Part shown: positions 57,415 through 64,000 of the stretch, one piece after another
How the letters are laid out: each line of letters begins with the position of its first letter
Position numbering within the stretch: the first letter of the stretch is position 1
From: a virus
Taxonomy: Duplodnaviria; Caudoviricetes
Direction: 5' to 3' (one strand)
Length of the DNA: 64,000 nucleotides
IMG/VR virus record: IMGVR_UViG_3300028197_000002
Notes under the pieces: generated by a model
Databases searched by the model: none
What the model was told of the DNA's origin: nothing
Seen by the model: the letters and a program-made list of their open reading frames with translations, nothing else
Translations under genes and position numbers: made by a program

Positions 57415-58326
57415 TTGAAAGTTGTCACTATGACTATCGCATCTTCAATCGTCACTAAAGTTTCCGATACCTTCAACTTCAACGTGTCCAAGTTACCACT
57501 ATCCGGCCCTGATAATCTTCGCACACCGTTCTACGGTTTGTTCCGTTCGGATACCGGTGCGGTTGTAAATGATCGTAGCGTTTCATCTCGCTACGTTCCG
57601 CATCAAACCGATGATGTGATTGCATTGGTGGAAGCTAGTGGTCATGCGTTCGAAGACGGCATTGCAGACGTTCGATGCTATTTCAACAGCGGGCATTTTG
57701 TGAGCGTTAAGCCTACCCGTGAATATCGTGAAAGTATTTTCGGGGATAAAGATAACATCTTTCCACGTATCACGATTAGTGCGGGATACGATGGTAAATC
57801 GTTTCGGGCTAACATGGGATTCTATCGTGACCTATGCGACAATATGTCGATGATGTCACTGGTTAATGGAACTAGCGTTTGCATCCGGCACACTAGCGGA
57901 TTGCGGGCTAAGATGAACGAATTGATCGAGACGTTCAGCGTACTTAAAAATTCATGGTCGAATCTTACTGATGTTATCCATCGGATGGAAAATCAGCAGG
58001 TCGCATTGAATCAGTTTGTGCGTGATGTATACGGTGAACCTAGTGAGGGTAAACGTGGCCGTACCATGGCAGAAAATCGCATCGAAGCTATCTTCAGACG
58101 TGTTATGCGGGAACGTCTCGCTAGTGGTCGACCGGAAGTAGATACCACAAACTGGATGGTATCCGCATGGGAAGCATACAATTCTGTGCAAGGGTATGTT
58201 CAGCATGATGCTATCCGCCATAGTCGAAACGGTTCAATCACCGGCATGGGGCGAATCGTTGCCGCTCAAACTGATCCGGCGGTTAGACGTGCTGAATCGG
58301 TAGCAATGGCAGCTATCGCGGCATAG
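57415..58326 (+). CDS. DUF932/DUF945-like protein (likely start ATG 57430)
   Basis: FRSDTG..V....VSSRYVPHQ, YRDLCDNM, IRHTSGL, SAWEAYNSV. Confidence 0.7.
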   Translation: MKVVTMTIASSIVTKVSDTFNFNVSKLPLSGPDNLRTPFYGLFRSDTGAVVNDRSVSSRYVPHQTDDVIALVEASGHAFEDGIADVRCYFNSGHFVSVKPTREYRESIFGDKDNIFPRITISAGYDGKSFRANMGFYRDLCDNMSMMSLVNGTSVCIRHTSGLRAKMNELIETFSVLKNSWSNLTDVIHRMENQQVALNQFVRDVYGEPSEGKRGRTMAENRIEAIFRRVMRERLASGRPEVDTTNWMVSAWEAYNSVQGYVQHDAIRHSRNGSITGMGRIVAAQTDPAVRRAESVAMAAIAA

Positions 58327-58329
58327 GTC

Positions 58330-58429
58330 GCACAATTAAAAGCTAGGTCGGATATAAAATTCCGGCCTAGTTTTTTTATTTATATTTTTATTTTTATTTT
58401 TTATTTGTGCATAGACTTGACCTTTATCC
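58330..58429 (+). repeat. GCACAA-hairpin-TTGACCTTTATCC module (87-bp spacing)
   Basis: Hairpin CTAGGTCGGA/TCCGGCCTAG; 13-mer at 58417. Confidence 0.85.
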
Positions 58430-58511
58430 TAGCAATACGTGGCTAGATTAAAATTTTGTGTTTAGTTTATGGTAAAGATACCAACCGATTCCTTTTCTGA
58501 AAGACTTTGCC

Positions 58512-58829
58512 ATGTGCTACTACGATGTTCAGCGTGAACGTGAAGATGCTTTGTTCAATGAAAGCCTATCAATGGGACAACTTGAATCTGCCGCTATGAG
58601 TGAGTTTGCCCACAATGCTGGTCAGGATCAGCCTGAGACGGCGTGGCTCCTCACTGACCGTGATGTGTGGGTAGCTAATCCTAACTACACTGGAAAGCCT
58701 GTGCCGCATCCTGAGAGCGATGATGAAGGTTATGAGGACGATGGACAACCCTCTACGTATGAGGAATACCAAGACCTTCACGGTGGTGATGATTGGGATC
58801 ACGGTCAATGCGATGATGTGCCATTCTAA
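58512..58829 (+). CDS. Acidic hypothetical protein
   Basis: AWLLTDRDVWVANPNYTGKPVPHPE. Confidence 0.7.
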   Translation: MCYYDVQREREDALFNESLSMGQLESAAMSEFAHNAGQDQPETAWLLTDRDVWVANPNYTGKPVPHPESDDEGYEDDGQPSTYEEYQDLHGGDDWDHGQCDDVPF

Positions 58830-58899
58830 TTTGTGCAAGCAATTTTCAGGAAATAAACTTCCTGATTTTTGCTTATATGACCGCTAGGATAAAGGTCAA
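58830..58899 (-). repeat. Inverted copies of both module boxes
   Basis: TTTGTGC at 58830-58836 and GGATAAAGGTCAA at 58887-58899 with a hairpin between. Confidence 0.8.
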
Positions 58900-59495
58900 G
58901 ATAAGATATAAAAATTAAGCATTAGTTTATGGTAATATTAAGGAGATAAAATATTCTAAAAAATATTTGTAACATTTTTAAAAATAAAAAAATTATTAGT
59001 CAAAACCCTGACAACTAGCCTACCCTACCACCCTGCCACACGGCTATCACTCCTTTTTTCTTTTAAGAAGCATAAAAGATTCGCGTATAGGTAGGATAAA
59101 GAACAAAGAGGAAATAACACATGAAATCGTTCTCACTATGGCTGGAATCAGAATAATAGTTTGCTATTTTGAGCAAGATGTTCCAGAAAGATTAGTGCTA
59201 AACCAAGGGTTTCAGAAAGACGGCAGCGGTAATTTATATTATATTTTGAATCTTTTCTGGGATATTTTTGTAACATTTCTAAAAAATAAAAAAAGGACTG
59301 CTATTCTGCTGAGACTAAATTTTTAATAATTCAACATGTGTAAAAAATAAAATATATAAAAATTCTGGAAATGAGGAAAGGTTGATGAAAATAAAAATAA
59401 AAATAATGGATTGTGCACGGAAGTGTAATTTTTATAAATAAAGAAACGTTACAGATTGTACGCGGAGACAGTTAAAATAAAAAACAGGAGACAAA

Positions 59496-59759
59496 ATGAA
59501 ACCTTTTATAGAGACTGTGAAAGAACGCGCAGCAGAAGATGAACAGTTTAGAGATGAATTATTAAATGAACTCTTAGGTGAATCAAAAGAAAACCACAGT
59601 GTATTATATAAAATAACAAGATTATGTAATGAGAAAATACAAATGCAACAAGAACGTGCAACAGGATGTGGATATGGAAATGATGACTACTCAGATGGAA
59701 GAACAATAGGAGCAGCCAGTTTAGCAAGAAACATCATGAAACTATTAAGAAATTTATAA
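59496..59759 (+). CDS. Hypothetical protein
   Basis: AGGAG SD. Confidence 0.65.
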   Translation: MKPFIETVKERAAEDEQFRDELLNELLGESKENHSVLYKITRLCNEKIQMQQERATGCGYGNDDYSDGRTIGAASLARNIMKLLRNL

Positions 59760-59839
59760 TATATCACTATCAAGTCTCTCCAGAACGTATTGATTCTAAA
59801 TAATATATAAGATATAAGAATATATTACAGATCATTTAA

Positions 59840-59972
59840 TATCGGATAGTTATCGTATAGCTAAGAGATCAAGATAAGCAGGTGTTGTTTCTCATATTAT
59901 CGGATAGTTAGCTTATATTATGGGATAGCTCTTGGGATAGCTCTTGGGATCTTTATTGGAATAGCTAAGAGA
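59840..59972. repeat. Cluster of short direct repeats (GGATAGYT core)
   Basis: TATCGGATAGTTA x2, TGGGATAGCTCT x2, ATAGCTAAGAGA x2. Confidence 0.65.
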
Positions 59973-60043
59973 CACGTCAAAGACGTGTTTTTTATAGTAC
60001 GACACTAAATATGATAATAAATATATAAAAATATGGGGATGTT

Positions 60044-60256
60044 ATGAGGAACAAAACAGCAGATCAATATTGGATATTTCTATTTGCTGCTATTTTATTA
60101 TTAATTTTATTATCATTAAGTGGCTGTAGTAGTAACCAATGCAGTTGTGAATGTGTTGATTGTGGAGCAGCTTGTCGTTTACAATGCACTGATTCAAATT
60201 GCACACCGGGAACACCTTGTTGTAGCGAATGCAGTTGCGATCCACTTAGCAAATAA
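60044..60256 (+). CDS. Cys-rich lipoprotein
   Basis: Lipobox LSGC; 11 further Cys. Confidence 0.65.
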   Translation: MRNKTADQYWIFLFAAILLLILLSLSGCSSNQCSCECVDCGAACRLQCTDSNCTPGTPCCSECSCDPLSK

Positions 60257-60275
60257 ACTAGCTAATAAATAAAAA

Positions 60276-60635
60276 TTACAGGTTCTTCAACTCGTAATAT
60301 TCGATAAAGTCTTCCATGCCATAATATTCTTTGCTAAAGTCTGGCTCGAACAATCTGTCTTCTGATGGCATTTTCCATTCAGCGTCACCTTGGTTTAGCA
60401 CGGTCACAGTTTTGTCTCCTCGCATCAAAGCTTCAACTAGTCTGTGATATCCGTTTGTAAGCTCGTATTTGCCTTCCAGAGGGTGCTTACTAACAAATAG
60501 CGGTCCACTTGTCATGCTGCTCATTCCACGCGACAGATTGCTTACAGCGGCTTCTATCTCATCTTTTGTCAAAACAAGATCTTGTATGTTTATTTTGAAG
60601 CTTTCTTTATTTTCGAGCCAGATTTTAAATTTCAT
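60276..60635 (-). CDS. ParB/Srx-like domain protein with MKFKIWLE N-terminus
   Basis: YELTNGYHRLVEA motif. Confidence 0.6.
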   Translation of the reverse strand: MKFKIWLENKESFKINIQDLVLTKDEIEAAVSNLSRGMSSMTSGPLFVSKHPLEGKYELTNGYHRLVEALMRGDKTVTVLNQGDAEWKMPSEDRLFEPDFSKEYYGMEDFIEYYELKNL

Positions 60636-60770
60636 TTTAATTTTTAATAATGAACGCGAAACGCCCAGAAATATTATACATAATATACTCTAGTAATAGC
60701 AATCGGTTGAAAAAATACAATCGGTTAAAAAAGATACACCAATTTAAATCGACTCCATTTATTTTATTTA

Positions 60771-61691
60771 GTGTACATTAAAAATTTTCTAGGATTAAAG
60801 GAGAAACGCACGAGCATGAGCGCAATTCAAGACTTCCTTAAAACACATACTATTCCTGAAGACTTTAATGAAGAATCTTATGGAAAATATATACGAGGAA
60901 TAGAAAATTTCTGGGAGCCATACTGCACGAACCATAAAATAACAAAAAGACAAAGATATTATTTTCATTGCTTTACTTATTCTAAAAATCGATGGAATGA
61001 AAAAAAATATTACAAGGCTCCTAAAGCAAAAGAAGACAATGTATCTGTAGTTGTTGGGTGTATGAATAGAGAAGAAATATTGAACATAAGCATACATTCT
61101 TGGATTCAAATAGATCCTATCAAAGAAATAATTATTACTGATTGGTCTAGTAAGAAAGAAATAACATATTTAAAAAATTTGTCACCTAAAATTAAAATAA
61201 TACGAGTAGAAGGCAAAAAACATTACAATGCTAGTACTCCTGTAAATATGGCAATACGCCGAGCCAAATATGAAAAAATTTTAAAACTTGATACGGATTA
61301 TATTATTAATCCTTTTGGAAATTTCAATGATCTAATAGACATAGAAAAAGATGAATTTATTAGTGGAGATCATCGTGATGAATATGTTGATAATCATTTA
61401 GGTTTCATAAAAGGTTTGACTGGCTTTCTTTGTATTCATAAAGAAAATATGGAAAGAGTTGGATATTATGATGAATCAATAGAAAATTACGGAACCGAAG
61501 ATTGTCAAATGTTTCAAAGGTTGATGGACATGGGATTAAAAAGAAAAGGATTAAAATTTGATCCTGAAAACATCCCTATATATCACAATCCTCATAGCAA
61601 CTATTATAGATGTGAAAATTTTGAAGAAAAACATATTCTTTATAATTATAAAAAATATGGTAATCCTTTAAAGGATGCAGGCTATGAATAA
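60771..61691 (+). CDS. Glycosyltransferase family 2/7-like (likely start ATG 60816)
   Basis: SVVVGCMNR, ITDWSS, LKLDTD, YYDESIENYGTED. Confidence 0.8.
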   Translation: MYIKNFLGLKEKRTSMSAIQDFLKTHTIPEDFNEESYGKYIRGIENFWEPYCTNHKITKRQRYYFHCFTYSKNRWNEKKYYKAPKAKEDNVSVVVGCMNREEILNISIHSWIQIDPIKEIIITDWSSKKEITYLKNLSPKIKIIRVEGKKHYNASTPVNMAIRRAKYEKILKLDTDYIINPFGNFNDLIDIEKDEFISGDHRDEYVDNHLGFIKGLTGFLCIHKENMERVGYYDESIENYGTEDCQMFQRLMDMGLKRKGLKFDPENIPIYHNPHSNYYRCENFEEKHILYNYKKYGNPLKDAGYE

Positions 61692-62472
61692 AAATTTGGT
61701 TATATGCCCGGGTTTTCAAAAATGTGGCACAACTGCTTTAGGTGAAATTCTGGACCAACAGTGTGATGATGTAAATGTAATGTCATCCTTAGATTGCGTA
61801 CATCCAAAAGAAATAGATTTTTTTTGCAAAGGACTACAAAAACATAAAAATTCTAAAAAAACTACTGGTTGGTACGAAAAATTAATGGACGATCAAAAAA
61901 TAAATTTAGATGCAAGTCCAAATTACACAATGAAAGACAGTGGTTTCGTTGCAAAAAAAGTTAGAGATTACGCTGCTGATATTAAGTTTATTTTTTTGCT
62001 AAGAAATCCAATCGACCGAGCATTTTCTGCTTACAACCATTATATGCAAGAATTACCTAGAACTGCTTCGTGGGGGCAATGGAATTCTAAAAAGAGTTTT
62101 TTATATAATTTTTTTACGTGTGATAGCTTTACAAAAGCAGGATTTTATCAAGATGCCATATGCGATTATTTAAAATATTTTAAAAAAGATCAATTTCTTT
62201 TTATTATTTCTGAAAGGCTGGGTTCTGAAGGTCATCAAAAAGAATGGGATAAGATATTTGATTTTATTGGCCTCGATAAATTTGAAGTCAAGGACAAATA
62301 CAATATTCACAAAAGAAAAAAGCCAAGAAAATTAGGTTATAATGAACGTGTGGCAGTAAAAGATCTTTACGAAGACAGCGTGGTTTTGCTAAGGGATTTA
62401 ATTGAAGATGATTTGGAAGAATGGGTAGACTTTAAAAAGAGTCTTAAAAAGAGTCTTAAAAAGAGTCGATGA
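61675..62472 (+). CDS. Sulfotransferase
   Basis: PGFQKCGTTAL, LDASPNY, LRNPIDRAFSAY. Confidence 0.88.
   Translation: MQAMNKNLVICPGFQKCGTTALGEILDQQCDDVNVMSSLDCVHPKEIDFFCKGLQKHKNSKKTTGWYEKLMDDQKINLDASPNYTMKDSGFVAKKVRDYAADIKFIFLLRNPIDRAFSAYNHYMQELPRTASWGQWNSKKSFLYNFFTCDSFTKAGFYQDAICDYLKYFKKDQFLFIISERLGSEGHQKEWDKIFDFIGLDKFEVKDKYNIHKRKKPRKLGYNERVAVKDLYEDSVVLLRDLIEDDLEEWVDFKKSLKKSLKKSR
62432..62467 (+). repeat. 12-bp tandem repeat x3 (TTAAAAAGAGTC)
   Basis: Sits at the AT-rich/GC-rich junction. Confidence 0.85.
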
Positions 62473-62482
62473 TGCCAAGAAC

Positions 62483-62545
62483 AAAAAAGGGAGATCAGAA
62501 CAATCCCTTTATCAGGCTTCAAACTGATGATTGTTCTGATCGCCC
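62483..62545 (-). terminator. Intrinsic terminator for the chitinase gene
   Basis: GGGAGATCAGAACAATC / GATTGTTCTGATCGCCC with A6 on the plus strand. Confidence 0.7.
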
Positions 62546-62562
62546 CATCGTTAAAAATCTAT

Positions 62563-63999
62563 TCACAAAGGAAGAGGACCAATTTCTCCATCACCGCCCA
62601 CGATAATTGGGTCTGGTAGGGATGAATCAGATTGAATGTCCGCTAAATCCTCCTCGAGCACCATCGAACGGAACGCTGCGGAAATTAAACTGTCAGGAGA
62701 GTTCGTGGCATCATTTGATAGATCCCAGAACATCATTCCGCCTAATCCCATCGCGTCAGCCCACTCAGCCTTTAGTGCAATCGAGGTTGTGGTCTCGAAT
62801 GAACTGAAGATATCCTGCCCAGCATTATAGACATAACTTGCCTGAGCATTGTCATCCCAGTAGAGATCCCATCCGGACCCATCATTAATCTGCGACAACA
62901 AATCTTTGTAGTCGTAGTTTCCTGCTTCATAGGTTCCCGGCGCTGCCCCGCTTGAGGCTTCGTTATAACCACCGTCACCACCATCAGCTACTCCACTCCA
63001 CGCTCGCGTATAAAGTGGCGCTCCGAGGACGATCTGTTCTGGAGTAACGCCTGCGTTTAGGTATGCATCCACTGAGGTCTTAATGTCATAGCCGACAGGA
63101 TCGCCTGTGAAAGCAGCCTGATGGCCTGTTGTGTCTTCCCATGTACCGTGGAAGTCATAGGTCATGACATTGAAAAAGTCGACCGATGGGGCCAACCCAG
63201 CAAGATTGAAATTAGCAATCTTGTCGAGTCCACCCGGAGAGGCGATAGAGATCTCATACGTCCTACCAAGTTCACTGCCGAGGTCATCTAGTTTCGCTCG
63301 AACATCGGTCATGAGCAGAGCATAGTTTGCTCCATCATTAGGACTGGCAGAATTGCCAGACTCTCCGCCTCCGCCCGGATATTCCCAGTCAAAGTCAATT
63401 CCATCAAAGACCTGATACGTCGTGAGAAATTCGACAATCGAATCTGAGAACACATCACGGCCAGCCTGAGTGGATGTGACTGTGCTGAAATGATCAGAAA
63501 GCGTCCACCCACCAACAGCTATGCTGAGAGTCAGATGAGGATTCGCTTCTTTTAACAGAGCAAGCTGGTTAAAGTTGCCCCAAATAGTCTGTTCACTACG
63601 AGGATCTTCTGGTGGATAGTACCACTGGTCAGCTTCACCCGTCACACTTTCTTCAGCACTGAATCGCTTTTCAGTCGCAGCATAGGAATCGAACAACGTC
63701 ATCTCTCCAGCTGCATTGAGATCAGCAAATGCATAGATGAGATGGGTCAACTCATCAGCTGGCACATCTGCAAGCTGATAGTCCCTGCCGTAGATTCCCC
63801 ATTCAGGGAAATACGCAGCCATCACCTTATCGTAATTCGCAATCGGTGACGCCGATGGATCAGTTACAACAGGATCAGTTACAACAGGATCAGTTACAAC
63901 AGGATCAGTTACAACAGGATCAGTTACAACAGGATCAGTTACAACAGGATCAGTTACAACAGGATCAGTTACAACAGGATCAGTTACAACAGGATCAGT
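62563..63999 (-). CDS. GH18 chitinase, 5'-truncated by window, with TDPVV-repeat linker
   Basis: AYFPEWGIY, AVGGWT, catalytic FDGIDFDWEYP, VMTYDFHG, MFWDLS; frame stays open from 63825 to the window end. Confidence 0.92.
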   Translation of the reverse strand, partial: TDPVVTDPVVTDPVVTDPVVTDPVVTDPVVTDPVVTDPVVTDPVVTDPSASPIANYDKVMAAYFPEWGIYGRDYQLADVPADELTHLIYAFADLNAAGEMTLFDSYAATEKRFSAEESVTGEADQWYYPPEDPRSEQTIWGNFNQLALLKEANPHLTLSIAVGGWTLSDHFSTVTSTQAGRDVFSDSIVEFLTTYQVFDGIDFDWEYPGGGGESGNSASPNDGANYALLMTDVRAKLDDLGSELGRTYEISIASPGGLDKIANFNLAGLAPSVDFFNVMTYDFHGTWEDTTGHQAAFTGDPVGYDIKTSVDAYLNAGVTPEQIVLGAPLYTRAWSGVADGGDGGYNEASSGAAPGTYEAGNYDYKDLLSQINDGSGWDLYWDDNAQASYVYNAGQDIFSSFETTTSIALKAEWADAMGLGGMMFWDLSNDATNSPDSLISAAFRSMVLEEDLADIQSDSSLPDPIIVGGDGEIGPLPL

Positions 64000-64000
64000 T
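63857..64000. repeat. Perfect 15-bp tandem repeat (GGATCAGTTACAACA) x9.6
   Basis: Encodes TDPVV on the minus strand; runs off the window edge. Confidence 0.95.

Noticed and set aside
44250-58950. CRISPR array interpretation of the repeated intergenic motifs
   Set aside because: The repeats are separated by whole genes of variable length rather than 30-40 nt spacers, and no cas genes are visible.
59138-59326. 62-aa ORF in the A-rich gap
   Set aside because: No clear SD, low-information sequence, and it overlaps repeat-like non-coding motifs.

Overview
This window is a fragment of a large, AT-rich lytic phage genome with T4-like features: rIIA/rIIB, TATAAATA late-promoter candidates and capsid-targeting-like N-termini. 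The host is probably Planctomycetota, inferred from several planctomycete-type secreted and DNA-binding proteins. About 115 mostly small, co-oriented (+) ORFs include two ATP-dependent ligases, a RuvB-like helicase, UvsE, a SNF2 helicase, a MoxR AAA/VWA-metallopeptidase pair, a Mesh1-like HD protein, sulfotransferases and glycosyltransferases. There are also 7 tRNAs and a tmRNA. The last ~1.5 kb (a GH18 chitinase) is compositionally foreign. The most unusual signals are non-coding. (i) A phage-type promoter, TTAAAT-N14-17-TAGTTTNYGGTA, occurs about 55 times; the inferred start site is 6 nt downstream. (ii) An invariant 13-mer, TTGACCTTTATCC (13 copies), is held at fixed distances (87/99/106 bp) from a GCACAA box, with a sequence-variable hairpin between them. 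These modules punctuate a one-gene-per-cassette array at 44-59 kb and flip orientation at its end. (iii) Several transcription units have 5' leaders complementary to their own 3' ends, with unit-specific covariation. All counts were made by eye; family assignments come from motif recognition, not database searches.
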